From an uncultured Gammaproteobacteria bacterium (lineage in GTDB: Bacteria; Acidobacteriota; Terriglobia; Terriglobales; Acidobacteriaceae): DNA of 64,000 bases. The DNA lies in assembly GCA_963744015.1 (NCBI GenBank), contig CAVUSA010000002.1:7395-71394 (forward strand), in the 5' to 3' direction. Both the position numbers and the translations under genes were made by a program. This document shows, in pieces, positions 25,222 through 36,291 of this stretch (position 1 is the stretch's first letter; each line of letters begins with the position of its first letter). Below the pieces are notes generated by a model, which saw nothing but the letters and a program-made list of their open reading frames with translations, had not been told where the DNA came from and ran no database searches.

Positions 25222-26382
25222 ATGACCCACACCACCTTGTTTTCGCAGCGGACTGTGCTTCTTGCGCTGCTCCCCGCTCTGGCGCTCTCCGGCTGCAAGC
25301 ACGAAGACCCGAACCGCGCCGCGGAGGAAGCTCCGCCGGCCGCCGTGGTGGCGAACGCGAACAGCGCGAACACTGTGAAGGTTGCCAATCCCGGGCGGTT
25401 TCCCCTGGTCGCCACCTCCATGCGCAATGTGGTCAGCCAGTTACAGGTCACGGGCGCGGTCGCCCCGGATGTTTCGCGCGAGATTCCCGTGCTTTCTCTC
25501 GCCAACGGCCGCGTCGTGGCGCTGCATGTTGGACTCGGCGACGTGGTGCACAAGGGACAGCTCGTGATGGAAGTGCAGAGCCCCGACGTTTCCACCGCGT
25601 TTGCCACCTATCTGAAGGCTGTCAATGACGAGCACCTGACCGCAGTGACGCTCGAACGCGACAAGCTGCTCTACGACAAGGGGGCGATCGCCCTGAGCCA
25701 ATACCAGATCGCCGAAAATGGTGAGCAGGATGCTAAAAGCGACCTAACGGCCGCCGAGCAGCAACTGCGCATCCTCGGCGTCGACCGCAAGAATCCGAGC
25801 GATACCGTGAAGGTGTACGCCCCGACCAGCGGCACCGTGATCAGCCAGAACACCACTGCCGCCGGCGCCGCGGGCATCACCTACGCCGGGCCCAACGGCA
25901 GCCTTCTGATCGCCGATCTATCGCATGTCTGGGTCATCTGCGATGTGTACGAGAACGACCTCGCCAGCGTTCGCATGGGCGAACACGCGGATATCCGGCT
26001 GAACGCTTATCCGGGCAAGGTGTTCTCCGGCAATGTCAGCGATATCGGCGCAGTGCTCGACCCCACCATTCGCACGGCCAAGGTCCGCATCCAGGTTCCC
26101 AATCCGGGCAGCCAGTTACGCATTGGCATGTTCGCTTCGGCGACGCTCTCCAGCGGCAAGGCAACCTCCGTGTTGGCCGTGCCGGCTTCGGCCGTGCTGC
26201 AGCTTCACGACAGCGCCTTCGTCTTTGAGGCGGCGGGCACCGACGGCAGCTTCCGCCGCGTGCCCATCAAGACCGGGCGCACGCTCGAAGGCAACATGAT
26301 CGAGGTGCTGGCGGGCGTTCAGGCTTCGCAGCAGGTGGTCGCCAACGCACTCGACCTGCAGAACACGGCAGATCAGCAATGA
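25222..26382 (+). CDS. RND efflux periplasmic adaptor (CzcB/CusB-like)
   Basis: LSGC lipobox, GRVVALHVGLGDVVHKGQ, ADLSHVWV, LDPTIRTAKVRI. Confidence 0.92.
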   Translation: MTHTTLFSQRTVLLALLPALALSGCKHEDPNRAAEEAPPAAVVANANSANTVKVANPGRFPLVATSMRNVVSQLQVTGAVAPDVSREIPVLSLANGRVVALHVGLGDVVHKGQLVMEVQSPDVSTAFATYLKAVNDEHLTAVTLERDKLLYDKGAIALSQYQIAENGEQDAKSDLTAAEQQLRILGVDRKNPSDTVKVYAPTSGTVISQNTTAAGAAGITYAGPNGSLLIADLSHVWVICDVYENDLASVRMGEHADIRLNAYPGKVFSGNVSDIGAVLDPTIRTAKVRIQVPNPGSQLRIGMFASATLSSGKATSVLAVPASAVLQLHDSAFVFEAAGTDGSFRRVPIKTGRTLEGNMIEVLAGVQASQQVVANALDLQNTADQQ

Positions 26383-29300
26383 TTGCGAAGCTCGTCGATT
26401 TTTCGCTGAACAACCGCTTCATCGTGCTGATCGTCGCCGTGCTGCTGTTCGGCTGGGGCGCGCTTTCGTTTCACAATCTGCCGGTCGAGGCGTACCCGGA
26501 CGTCGCCAACAACTATGTCACCGTGATTACGCAGTGGCCCGGCCGCGCCGCCGAAGAGGTGGAGCAGCAGGTTACCGTGCCGCTCGAGATCGCCGTCGCC
26601 GGCATCCCGCACATGACGCACCTGCGCTCGACCTCGCTCGCGGGCTTGTCTTCGGTGACGATGATCTTCGACGATGAATCGAAGAACAAGGACAATCGCG
26701 ACCAGGTCTTTCAGCGCATCGGCTCGGTCACGCTGCCTTCAAACCTGCAGCCGCAGATGGGCACCGACTGGAGCCCCGTCGGGCAGATCTACTGGTACAC
26801 GCTGAAGAGCGATGACCCGCGCTACGGGCCGATGGAGCTGAAGTCAATCGAAGACTGGCAGCTTGAAAAGCAGTTCCGGTCCGTGCCCGGCGTGGTCGAT
26901 GTTTCCAGCTTCGGCGGCGTCACACGCGAGTACCAGGTCATCCTCGATCCCGAAAAACTCGTCGCGTACGGGCTCTCCGTGGCGCAGGTAAAGACGCAGC
27001 TTGCGGCCAACAATACGAACGCGGGCGGCAGCTTTATCGAACAGGGTCAGCAGCAGATCAACGTCCGCGAAGTCGGTCTCTTCCGCACCACCGACGACAT
27101 CGCACAAACCGTCATCAAGGCACAGAACGGCACCGCCCTCCGCATCTCCGATATCGCGCGCGTGGTGGAAGGCCCCAAGATCAGGCTGGGCCAGATCGGC
27201 AAAACCTGCCGCGAAGGGACCGTGCAGTGCGGCACGGGCGTTGAAGATCCGAAGGCCGAAAAGGCGATCCACAAGACCGACGGCAAGCTGATCGACGACA
27301 ACGACGTGGTGGAAGGCGTGGTCCTGCTGCAGAAGGGCGAAGACTCGGACAAGGTGCTCGCGGGCATTCACGAAAAAGTGAAGGAGCTGAACGAGCACAT
27401 TCTGCCTAAGGGCGTGCGCATTGTTCCCTTCCTCGATCGCAGCAACCTGCTGGAGCTGACGACGCATACGGTGCTGCACAATCTGACCGAAGGCATCGTG
27501 CTGGTGGCGCTCATCCTGTTCCTGTTCCTGGGCAATGCGCGCGGCGCGCTGATTGTCGCCATCACGATTCCCTTCTCGCTTCTGTTCGCGTCCATCTGCC
27601 TCGACCTGGCGCACATTCCCGCCAACCTGCTGTCGCTGGGGGCGCTGGACTTCGGCATGGTGGTCGAAGGTGCCGTGGTGATGGTCGAGAACATCGTCCG
27701 GCACCTCAGCCATGGCAAGCGTGCGGACCAGACCGTGGGCGAGCAGATTCGCGAAGCCGCGCACGAGGTGCAGCGGCCCGTCTTCTACGCAATCACCATC
27801 ATCATTACGGCCTACCTGCCTATTTTCACGCTGCAATCGGTCGAAGGCCGGCTCTTCAAGCCGATGGCATGGACCGTCGCCTTCGCGCTGCTGGGTTCGC
27901 TGATCTTCTCCATGCTGATTGCGCCCGTACTTTCAAGCCTGATCTTCGGTGAGAACACGCGCGAGTGGGAAAACCCCGTAATGGTCTGGCTGACCGACCG
28001 CTACCGCAAGGATGCGACCTGGGCTATCGAGCACAAGGTGGTGCCGCTGGGTGGTGCCGCGCTGATGCTCGTCGTGGCCGGGTACCTGGCGTTCTCCGGC
28101 GCCATCGGTTCCGAGTTCCTTCCGCACCTGGATGAAGGCGCCATCTGGGTACGCGGATCGCTCGCGCCCTCCACCGGCCCGACCGAAAGCCGCGAAATTG
28201 CCGATCACGCACGGATCGTCCTGCACTCGTTTCCGGAGGTCACCCAGGTGGTCTCGCAGATCGGGCGGCCGGATGACGGCACCGACACAACAGGCTTCTT
28301 CAACACCGAATACTTCGTCGACCTGAAACCCAAGGCAGAGTGGCGACCGGTGTTCAAGCAGAACAAGGAAGAGCTGATCGGGGCCATGGATCGCGAGTTG
28401 GAGAAGTTTCCCGGTGTCACCTGGAACTTCTCGCAGCCGATCTCCGACAACGTGGAAGAAGCGGTCTCGGGCGTCAAAGGCGAGCTGGCCGTGAAGCTCT
28501 ACGGCACGGATCTGAAGACGCTCGAAGCCAAAGGCGACGAAATCGTCAACGTGATGAGCGGAGTAAAGGGCGTCGCCGACCTTGGACTCTTCCGCGTCAT
28601 CGGCCAGCCCAACCTGAATTACGTGGTGGACCGTGCGGCGGCGGCGCGGTACGGCATCAACGTTGCAGACATCCAGGACGCCATCGAATCCGCTGTAGGC
28701 GGCAATGCCGTCACCCAGGTGCTGGACGGCGAAGCTCGCTATGACGTGACCGTGCGTTACGATCCGAAGTACCGCACCACTCCGGACGAGATCGCCAACA
28801 TCCGGCTGCTGTCACCCTCGGGCGAGCGCGTCTCCATCGGGCAGGTTACGCATCTTGAAGTGGCGGATGGAGCCGAGTCCATCGGACGCGAAAATGGCGT
28901 GCGCTTTGTCGCCATCAAGTACAGTGTGCGCAATCGCGACCTCGGCACGACCGTCGAAGAAGCAATGTCGAAGGTGACGAAGCAGGTCCAGCTTCCCGCC
29001 GGTTACAAGCTCGACTGGGCCGGTGAGTACGAAAGCCAGAAGCGCAGTTCGCGGCGCCTGATGATCGTCTGCCCGATCACGATCCTCATCATCTTCATGA
29101 TCCTTTACGGCATGTTCAATTCCTTCAAATGGGCGCTGCTGGTGCTGGCCAACGTCGCGATCGCGCCCACCGGCGGACTGCTCGCGCTGCTGATCACCGG
29201 CAACAGCTTCTCGGTCTCGTCCGGTGTCGGCTTCCTCGCCCTGTTCGGCGTCTCCGTACAGACCGGCGTCATTATGCTCGAATGCATCAACCAGATGCGA

Positions 29301-29576
29301 GCCACCGGCATGTCGGTGGAAGAAGCCGCGCTTGAGGGTGCGGTGCTGCGCCTGCGCCCGATCCTGATGACCATGATGGTGGCGACCCTCGGCCTGCTGC
29401 CGGCGGCGCTGTCACACGGCATCGGCTCAGACTCGCAGCGGCCGTTCGCCATCGCCATCGTCGGCGGCCTGATTGGCGCGCTCATGATGGGCATCTTCCT
29501 CCTGCCCACGCTTTACGTGCTCATTGCACGCCCGGATGACGTGCTTCCCGCGCCCGGCCCGGAGGTGCACGCATGA
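26379..29576 (+). CDS. czcA: CusA/CzcA family heavy-metal RND transporter
   Basis: LPVEAYPDV, ANLLSLGALDFG, EGRLFKPMA, GSEFLPHLDEG, RLRPILMT; intact 1065 aa. Confidence 0.9.
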   Translation: MIAKLVDFSLNNRFIVLIVAVLLFGWGALSFHNLPVEAYPDVANNYVTVITQWPGRAAEEVEQQVTVPLEIAVAGIPHMTHLRSTSLAGLSSVTMIFDDESKNKDNRDQVFQRIGSVTLPSNLQPQMGTDWSPVGQIYWYTLKSDDPRYGPMELKSIEDWQLEKQFRSVPGVVDVSSFGGVTREYQVILDPEKLVAYGLSVAQVKTQLAANNTNAGGSFIEQGQQQINVREVGLFRTTDDIAQTVIKAQNGTALRISDIARVVEGPKIRLGQIGKTCREGTVQCGTGVEDPKAEKAIHKTDGKLIDDNDVVEGVVLLQKGEDSDKVLAGIHEKVKELNEHILPKGVRIVPFLDRSNLLELTTHTVLHNLTEGIVLVALILFLFLGNARGALIVAITIPFSLLFASICLDLAHIPANLLSLGALDFGMVVEGAVVMVENIVRHLSHGKRADQTVGEQIREAAHEVQRPVFYAITIIITAYLPIFTLQSVEGRLFKPMAWTVAFALLGSLIFSMLIAPVLSSLIFGENTREWENPVMVWLTDRYRKDATWAIEHKVVPLGGAALMLVVAGYLAFSGAIGSEFLPHLDEGAIWVRGSLAPSTGPTESREIADHARIVLHSFPEVTQVVSQIGRPDDGTDTTGFFNTEYFVDLKPKAEWRPVFKQNKEELIGAMDRELEKFPGVTWNFSQPISDNVEEAVSGVKGELAVKLYGTDLKTLEAKGDEIVNVMSGVKGVADLGLFRVIGQPNLNYVVDRAAAARYGINVADIQDAIESAVGGNAVTQVLDGEARYDVTVRYDPKYRTTPDEIANIRLLSPSGERVSIGQVTHLEVADGAESIGRENGVRFVAIKYSVRNRDLGTTVEEAMSKVTKQVQLPAGYKLDWAGEYESQKRSSRRLMIVCPITILIIFMILYGMFNSFKWALLVLANVAIAPTGGLLALLITGNSFSVSSGVGFLALFGVSVQTGVIMLECINQMRATGMSVEEAALEGAVLRLRPILMTMMVATLGLLPAALSHGIGSDSQRPFAIAIVGGLIGALMMGIFLLPTLYVLIARPDDVLPAPGPEVHA

Positions 29577-31051
29577 TCACGACCGCCAAGCTCATCGGAT
29601 GCGCCCTGCTTTCCGCCGCCTTCACGGCCGCGCTGGGGCAGGGTGCGCCTGCGGCCCCGGCGCCCGCGACACCCGCCGCTCCGGCTGGCCAGGCTCCCGC
29701 CTCGACGGCAGGGCATCCCGCGCCCGCGGCATCGCAGACCGGGCAGGCTCCGGCGCCCGGACAGGCTCCGGCAGCCGGGCAGGTTGCGGGGCAGCCGCCG
29801 CCTCCTGCGCAAACCACCGCCGGAAGCTATGCGGCGAGCGCCAGCGCAGGCCTGGATCCGCGCAAGCCCCCCAGCGCGAAGCCCGGCGCGCTGACATTGC
29901 AGATGGTCGTCGACCTGGCCAAGGCGAAAAACCCCACGCTGCTGGCTGCCGAGCAGAATCTCCGCGCCGTCCGCGCGCAGGAGCTGCAGGCCGGCGTGCG
30001 CGTCAACCCGACCCTCGCCATCACGAGCCAGAATGTCACCGAACCGGCGAGTGAAAATAATCCGTACTTCTATTCGGCGCAGGTTTCGCGGCTGTTCGAG
30101 CGCGGCGAAAAACGACGTTGGCGGCTGGATTACGCCAAGGCAAACACGGCACAGACCGCGGCGCAGCTTGAAGACACCATTCGCACCACGATCCTGACGC
30201 TGAAAACGGCCTTCACCCAGATGTTGACGGCCAAGCAGGCGCTGGAACTTTCCGCGGCGTCGCTCAAGGACTTCCGCCACGAGATCGAGATCTCGAATGA
30301 CCGCTTCCAGGCCGGCGACCTGGCCAAGCTCGATTTCGAGCGGCTCGACCTGCAACTGGGTCAGTTCGAAAGCGACGAGAGCGCCAACATCGTGCTGCTG
30401 AGGCAAGCCTCCGACCAGTTGCAGACGCTGATCGGCTACGACGCGCCGCGCCCCGACTTCGACATTACCGGCGACATCGTGCCGCCGGTCATCACGCAGG
30501 ATCAACCGACACTAGTCCAACAGGCGCTGGCTGCGCGCCCGGATTACGCCGCCGCGCGCGCCGCCGTTACCGCCGCGCAGGCCAACGTCCGGCTCGCTAC
30601 CGCCAACGGCACCGCCGATCCGACGCTCGAAGCCGAATTCGACCTCACTGGCCCCGAGCGCAGCTTCGGCGGCTCCGTCAACATTCCGCTGCGCCTGTTT
30701 GACCGCAACCAGGGAAACAAGGAGACGGCCCGCTTCCAGGCCGACGCCAGCCGTTTTACCGAGACCGCCGCGCGCAACCAGGTGGTGTCGGACGTCGACC
30801 AGGCCTGGATCGGGTACACGGAATCCAAGCGGCTTTCCGACCGCTACAGCCAGCATTATCTCGACGAATCCACCGATGTGCTTTCGATTGCGCAGTTTGC
30901 CTTCGAGCACGGGGGGATCGCCCTGATCGATTATCTGGATGCCCTGCGCGATGCGCGCGCCGCCACTTCAAACGCGCTGAAGGCTTTCCAGGCCACCTGG
31001 GTCGCCATCCACCAGCTCTCGGCCGCCTCCGCGACCGAGCTCATCCCGTAG
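29573..31051 (+). CDS. TolC/CzcC family outer-membrane factor
   Basis: FERGEKRRWR, ARPDY, FDRNQGN; ATGA overlap with the RND gene; Pro/Ala N-terminal linker. Confidence 0.9.
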   Translation: MITTAKLIGCALLSAAFTAALGQGAPAAPAPATPAAPAGQAPASTAGHPAPAASQTGQAPAPGQAPAAGQVAGQPPPPAQTTAGSYAASASAGLDPRKPPSAKPGALTLQMVVDLAKAKNPTLLAAEQNLRAVRAQELQAGVRVNPTLAITSQNVTEPASENNPYFYSAQVSRLFERGEKRRWRLDYAKANTAQTAAQLEDTIRTTILTLKTAFTQMLTAKQALELSAASLKDFRHEIEISNDRFQAGDLAKLDFERLDLQLGQFESDESANIVLLRQASDQLQTLIGYDAPRPDFDITGDIVPPVITQDQPTLVQQALAARPDYAAARAAVTAAQANVRLATANGTADPTLEAEFDLTGPERSFGGSVNIPLRLFDRNQGNKETARFQADASRFTETAARNQVVSDVDQAWIGYTESKRLSDRYSQHYLDESTDVLSIAQFAFEHGGIALIDYLDALRDARAATSNALKAFQATWVAIHQLSAASATELIP

Positions 31052-31161
31052 AGCTTCTTCCCATAGAGCTTCGGCAAACCCGTCCATCCCGAGCTGAGCG
31101 TGACAGAGAAAGTGGCCGTGCCGGTAATCCGGCCTCGCAGCGGCCCCGTCTACCTCGGTGC

Positions 31162-31794
31162 ATGGAGTTTGCGCTCCATGCACATCCCCGCGGAGAAATT
31201 CGAGTGGCGTCTTATCCCCAAACTCTCGCCGCACTAGAATGGCCTTTGGCATCCGAGGGCCGCGTCATCAGCGAACTGGACGACATCGATCTGCTGGTGA
31301 GGACATACCGGGCCCGCCTGCTGCGCTTCGTCACGTTTTCTACCGGTGACCCCGACCTTGCCGAGACGATCACTCAGGACTGCCTCCTGAAAGCCTGGAA
31401 GGCGCGCGAAAGCTTCCGCGGCGACTCCAGCGTCAACACCTGGCTCACCTCCATCGCCGTCAACCTGATCCGCGATCATCAGCGCACGCAGAAGTTCAAG
31501 TTCTGGAAGCAGGCCCGCGCCACCGCGGTGGATGTCACCGACGTTGCCAGCTTCATCGCCTCCGATCACAGCACACCCGAAGCACAACTGATCGCGCGGC
31601 AGAAGGTGGCGCATCTTTCCGAGGTGCTGAAGACGCTCTCGGCGAACCAGCGCACCGTTTTCCTGATGAAATTTTCCGACGAGATGGACCTGGGCGAGAT
31701 CTCTGAGGCTCTGGGCATGCCCGTCAACACCGTCAAGACGCACCTGCACCGGGCGCTCAAGGCAGTCCGCGGACAGCTCGGCGCACAGACCTGA
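31162..31794 (+). CDS. ECF RNA polymerase sigma factor
   Basis: DLAETITQDCLLKAW, FRGDSSVNTWLTSIAVN, GMPVNTVKTHLHRA. Confidence 0.93.
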   Translation: MEFALHAHPRGEIRVASYPQTLAALEWPLASEGRVISELDDIDLLVRTYRARLLRFVTFSTGDPDLAETITQDCLLKAWKARESFRGDSSVNTWLTSIAVNLIRDHQRTQKFKFWKQARATAVDVTDVASFIASDHSTPEAQLIARQKVAHLSEVLKTLSANQRTVFLMKFSDEMDLGEISEALGMPVNTVKTHLHRALKAVRGQLGAQT

Positions 31795-31829
31795 GGTGTA
31801 GTCTCCTCGGCAAAACCATCTACCCAGTC

Positions 31830-32444
31830 ATGAACGATAAGAATAAAATCATGAAGCATCCGGGAACTCAAATGACACCTGAACTCCTCGCCGCCGCGCA
31901 AAACTCCTCGTCGCATCTGAGCGAAGACGACCTGGACGAGATCCTGATGGGGGTGGAGTCGCCCGCCTCTTCGCTGGCCCTGGCTCACCTGGCGACGTGT
32001 GAGAGCTGCGGCCAGCGGCTGGAGGCGTTCCAGGCAGACCTGGCGCTGTTCAACCAGGCATCACTGGCATGGTCGCAGGCGCGGTCGCAGACGTTGAGCC
32101 GTGATCTCATCCGGGATGTGGCGGCGCGCAGGCCGGCCCGCCGCATCACTCCCGCGCTGGGCTGGTCGAGCGCGGTATCGGCTGCGGTGGCGCTGGCTCT
32201 TACGCTCGTCGTCGCCGATCATCGCCCGCCGGCAGCTCCTCCGGCCGTCCATGAGGCCCGGGCAGCGGCTCCGCTGGCAACCGAGGAACACATCCATCGC
32301 CCCGAGGAACTGGCATCCGATAACGCCATGCTGCAGGCCATCGCCTCCGAGATGGGCGACCCGCGGCCGGAGCAGCTCGGTATTCTCCAGGCTTCCCCTG
32401 CCCAGGGAAGCGTCGTGCGGCACACACGCCAGGTGAGGGACTGA
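31830..32444 (+). CDS. Putative zinc-binding anti-sigma factor
   Basis: HLSEDDL...HLATCESC, one TM, directly after the ECF sigma gene. Confidence 0.75.
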   Translation: MNDKNKIMKHPGTQMTPELLAAAQNSSSHLSEDDLDEILMGVESPASSLALAHLATCESCGQRLEAFQADLALFNQASLAWSQARSQTLSRDLIRDVAARRPARRITPALGWSSAVSAAVALALTLVVADHRPPAAPPAVHEARAAAPLATEEHIHRPEELASDNAMLQAIASEMGDPRPEQLGILQASPAQGSVVRHTRQVRD

Positions 32445-33034
32445 TGACACGCATGCACAGGACGGTTCGGCGGGCGCTGTTCAGCGCGGCGGCTGCATCG
32501 TGCCTCAGCCTGCCCGCGTTCGCCCAGGGGCATCCGGGTGGCGGACCCGGAGGACCGGGCGGAGCACCGGGCGGCGGTTTCGGCGGGATGAACGGAGGTC
32601 TGGGCGGCATGGGCCGTGGCGGCATCAACGGACCGCGCATGGCGCCCCCCATCTCTTCGGAGAACAACAGCACCTTGCGCGGAGGTCTGCAGCTTGGGCC
32701 GCCGGGCCGCTGGTGGGACGACAAGGGCTTCGCCAAGTCGATCGGCCTCGACAACCGCCAGCAGAAACGCATGGACGAGGTCTTCGGCGGCAATCGCGAT
32801 GTGTTGCTGAAGCTGCAGAAAAGCCTGCAGCACGAGGAATCGCAACTGGAAAAACTGACCCGTTCCCGCGAACTGGATGAGAATCAGATCTTTCAGCAGA
32901 TCGATCGCGTTACGCAGGCGCGAGGCGAACTCGAAAAGGCGTATGCGCACATGCTGCTGCAGATTCGCAAGGAGATGACGCCGGAGCAGGCGTCCAGACT
33001 GGATGAATCGCGACCTGCCCCGCCAGTTCAGTAG
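32444..33034 (+). CDS. Spy/CpxP-like periplasmic protein
   Basis: Signal peptide AFA-Q, Gly-rich, GRWWDD, helical core, MTPEQ. Confidence 0.75.
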   Translation: MTRMHRTVRRALFSAAAASCLSLPAFAQGHPGGGPGGPGGAPGGGFGGMNGGLGGMGRGGINGPRMAPPISSENNSTLRGGLQLGPPGRWWDDKGFAKSIGLDNRQQKRMDEVFGGNRDVLLKLQKSLQHEESQLEKLTRSRELDENQIFQQIDRVTQARGELEKAYAHMLLQIRKEMTPEQASRLDESRPAPPVQ

Positions 33035-33040
33035 CAGCGG

Positions 33041-34344
33041 TTATTGCGCGCCGAGCGTCGTCGTTTCAATCGCCGTAGAGGCCGGCCTGGAGTCGAAATA
33101 ACGGTGGTCGTAGAGCGCGCGGTAGAACTGGCCGGTCAGCTCGGCGGCCTTGGGCCCGAATGTCGGGCGTCCGCCTTCCAGGAAGATCACCGTAACGATC
33201 CGGCCGTTCGGCGTGTCCGCGTAGGAGCCGAACCAGCCGTAGCGGGTGCCGTTGTTCGAGCAGGTACCGGTCTTGCCCATCACCGGAAACTCGCGGAAGT
33301 TCGCTCGCAGGCTGCGCGCCGTGCCGTATTGCGTGACAGCAAGCATGCCCGGCTCCATCTCCGGCAGCAGCTTGGCGATGTCCAGCGTGCGCTTGATCTT
33401 CGGCTGCAGCGCCTCCACCTCCACCTGGTTGGTCGGATGCTGCAGATAGTAGAGCGTGCCGCCATTCGCGATGGCCGAAACGATGGCGCCGAGCTGCAGC
33501 GGCGTCATGCTGACGCTTTCGCCGAAAGAGCACATCCGGCCGACGCCGCCCTAGCGCGGCTGGCAGCTCCTGGTCCGGGTAGGTGCCAAGCTGCTCGCCC
33601 GCGATGTTATAGCCCGGCCAGCTCGCCCAGGCCAAGCTGGTTGGCGTAATGCTTCACGCGCTCGAAGCCAAGGGCGCGGCCAAGTGTCTCAAAATAAAGG
33701 TTGTTCGAGTGTGCGAGCGCTTCGGTCAGGGTCAGGTGATAGCCGCCGCCCAGCGCCACCGGCGTGTCCTTGCTGATGATGCCTTCCTGCAACGCGGCCA
33801 GCGCCACCGACAGCTTGATCGTCGAGCACGGTTCCGCGCCGCTGGAAAGCGCAAGCTTCTGGTTCACCATGGCCAGGATGCGGCCGGTCGAGGGGTCGAT
33901 GGCCAGCGCTGTGCCATTCATGTTGCCGAGCGCCGCGATGGCCGCTTCGCGCACGACCGGATCTTCCCCGTCGGTTACGTCGCCGTCGGTGATGTTGTCG
34001 GCGAACGAGCTGGCGTAGAACCGCTCCGTGACGTGCTTCACCGAGACCCGCACCATGCGGCCGTTCGCCCCCGGCACAAGCACCTTGCGGGTGCTGGTGC
34101 GGGTCACCACACGCAGTGCCGGTGCGCCTTTGTGCGTCATTCCGTGCAGGGCGGCGGCATGGACGCCGCGACCGTTCAAAGCAACAGCATGCCGCGTCGT
34201 GACATGGGCCACCGACAGGTGCTCATGGCGCACCAGAACCCGGCCGTGCGCGACGGGGTGCGTGGCCGCAAAGGCAGCTCCGGCGACAGAGATGCCGACC
34301 GCAGAAAGAAGAAGTGCGCGAACTCGCTTGGCCCGGCTTGTCAT
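33041..34344 (-). CDS. Penicillin-binding transpeptidase-domain protein (frameshifts near 33550-33610)
   Basis: DPSTGRILAMV, STIK (SxxK), SNN (SxN), KTG. Confidence 0.85.
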
Positions 34345-34449
34345 CGCAATGTTTTCTCCCGGAAATAACCTTTCCGTCCCTCTGGTTAAGATAGATGCAC
34401 GTCGGAGTCCGAAGCGGGTCGTGTCAGTTTACCGTTTTCTCACCCTTCT

Positions 34450-36102
34450 TTAATGGTTGCGGCGCAGAAACGCCGGAATATCCAGCTCGTCGGTCTCCGC
34501 CGGGTCCCGTGCGACCGCCCCGGTAAACGCCGGCACCCGCACCACCGGCTCCGGAACGCCCGGCTCGGCGAGCGCCGAACGGCTGGCATCGTCATACTGC
34601 AGACGCACGGGGCGTGCCGTGTCGGGCGAATCGAACCCACGCGCCGACGGCATGCGGGGCTCGGGATTCGGCGCCAGCAGTTCGCGGGCGGAAGCGCGGA
34701 AGAAATCATCGTCAAAGACCGAGCGCGGCACCGGAAGCAGCTCCGGCGACTCCGAGAATCTGGATGGGTGCCCCTGCTCCGGCTCCAACGCGCCGGACCC
34801 GACCAGTTCCTGAACCCTCTCCTCCTCCTCGTCAGACGGATAAGACTCGAAAACCGGCTCATCCTCGTGGCCGGCGACCGGGATCGGCGCATACGCTGGC
34901 TCGGCCACGACCGGCGGAACGGCTGTGGCGCGGCGGCTCTCTTCTTCCGGCCTGGCAGCTTCCTGCCGGCCGTGGTCGAATTGCGCCCGGGCCGCGGCCA
35001 CCCGCGAAATCGGGATCTCCCCCGCGAAGCCGTGCGTTTCGAACTGCGGGGCCGGCTCGCCGAATCCCGTTCCGCCCAGCATGCGCTCGCGGCGCGCCTG
35101 CGATTCGGCCGGCGCAGCTTCCTGCTGGCGGAAGCCTGTAGCGATGACGGTAATCTTCACCTCGTCGCCCATGCTCTCGTCCTGCACGGCGCCGAAGATA
35201 ATGTTTGCATCCTCGTGTGCAGCGTTCTGGATAATCGTCGAGGCCTCGTTCACCTCGCTCAGCTTGAGCGACGACGAACCGGTAATGTTGATCAGAATGC
35301 CGCGCGCGCCGTCGATCGCGCCGGCCTCCAGCAGAGGCGAAGCCATCGCGGCCATCGCCGCATCGACCGCGCGGTTCGGCCCCGAGCGCACGCTGGTGCC
35401 CATCACCGAATAGCCCATGCCCGCCATCGTGGTCTTCACGTCGGCGAAGTCGCGGTTGATGACACCGGATACCGTGATGATGTCCGTAATTCCCTGCACG
35501 CCCTGGCGCAGCACGTCATCCGCGATGCGGAAGCTCTCAAAGAACCCGGCATCCTTTGCCACCGCGAGCAGCTTTTCGTTCGGAATCACAATCACGGTAT
35601 CGACCGAATCCAGCAGCTCCTGCAAACCGCGCTCGGCCTGCATCATGCGGCGCTTGCCCTCGAATCCGAAGGGCCGGGTGACGACGGCGACGGTCAGCGC
35701 GCCCATCTCGCTGGCGAGCGAGGCGATCACTGGTGCCGCGCCCGTGCCGGTGCCTCCGCCCAGACCGGCCGTAACAAAAACCATGTCCGCGCCTTCGAGC
35801 GCCTCGATAATCTTGTCCGAATCTTCGAGCGCCGCCCGCCGGCCTACGTCGGGATTCGCGCCCGCGCCCAAACCACTGGTCAGCTTGACGCCAAGCTGCA
35901 GCTTCACCGCTGCATTCGAGCTCTGCAGCGCCTGCACGTCGGTATTGGCGGCAATGAATTCAACCCCTTCCACGTTGGCGGCGATCATGCGGTTGACCGC
36001 GTTGTTGCCTCCGCCGCCCACGCCGATGACCTTGATGCGGGCGGTGCGGGGAGTAGCCTCGTGATACTGGATGCGAAGGTCGTTGTCATGCATGTCGGAC
36101 AT
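34450..36102 (-). CDS. ftsZ: Cell division protein FtsZ
   Basis: [21 protein letters not shown]-terminal LDIPAFLR. Confidence 0.99.
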   Translation of the reverse strand: MSDMHDNDLRIQYHEATPRTARIKVIGVGGGGNNAVNRMIAANVEGVEFIAANTDVQALQSSNAAVKLQLGVKLTSGLGAGANPDVGRRAALEDSDKIIEALEGADMVFVTAGLGGGTGTGAAPVIASLASEMGALTVAVVTRPFGFEGKRRMMQAERGLQELLDSVDTVIVIPNEKLLAVAKDAGFFESFRIADDVLRQGVQGITDIITVSGVINRDFADVKTTMAGMGYSVMGTSVRSGPNRAVDAAMAAMASPLLEAGAIDGARGILINITGSSSLKLSEVNEASTIIQNAAHEDANIIFGAVQDESMGDEVKITVIATGFRQQEAAPAESQARRERMLGGTGFGEPAPQFETHGFAGEIPISRVAAARAQFDHGRQEAARPEEESRRATAVPPVVAEPAYAPIPVAGHEDEPVFESYPSDEEEERVQELVGSGALEPEQGHPSRFSESPELLPVPRSVFDDDFFRASARELLAPNPEPRMPSARGFDSPDTARPVRLQYDDASRSALAEPGVPEPVVRVPAFTGAVARDPAETDELDIPAFLRRNH

Positions 36103-36291
36103 GGCGGGAGGAACTCCTGGAGCTGATCTGGGGGCTCAATCTGCGGGGCAGGGCGAGCGCTGCGCCGTGGTGTTAATTCTCCCATCAACCCCCGCGGCGA
36201 ACCACCCCCGTTTTCCACTCCCGGTATCCACCGTGGTTCGCGACTGTGCCGAAGCGGGCCGAGGGAATCTCCAGCCCGCTCGCGGCGCTGC

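Noticed and set aside
29640-29830. GQAPA repeats at the N-terminus of the TolC-like protein
   Set aside because: Ordinary Pro/Ala-rich linker after the signal peptide.
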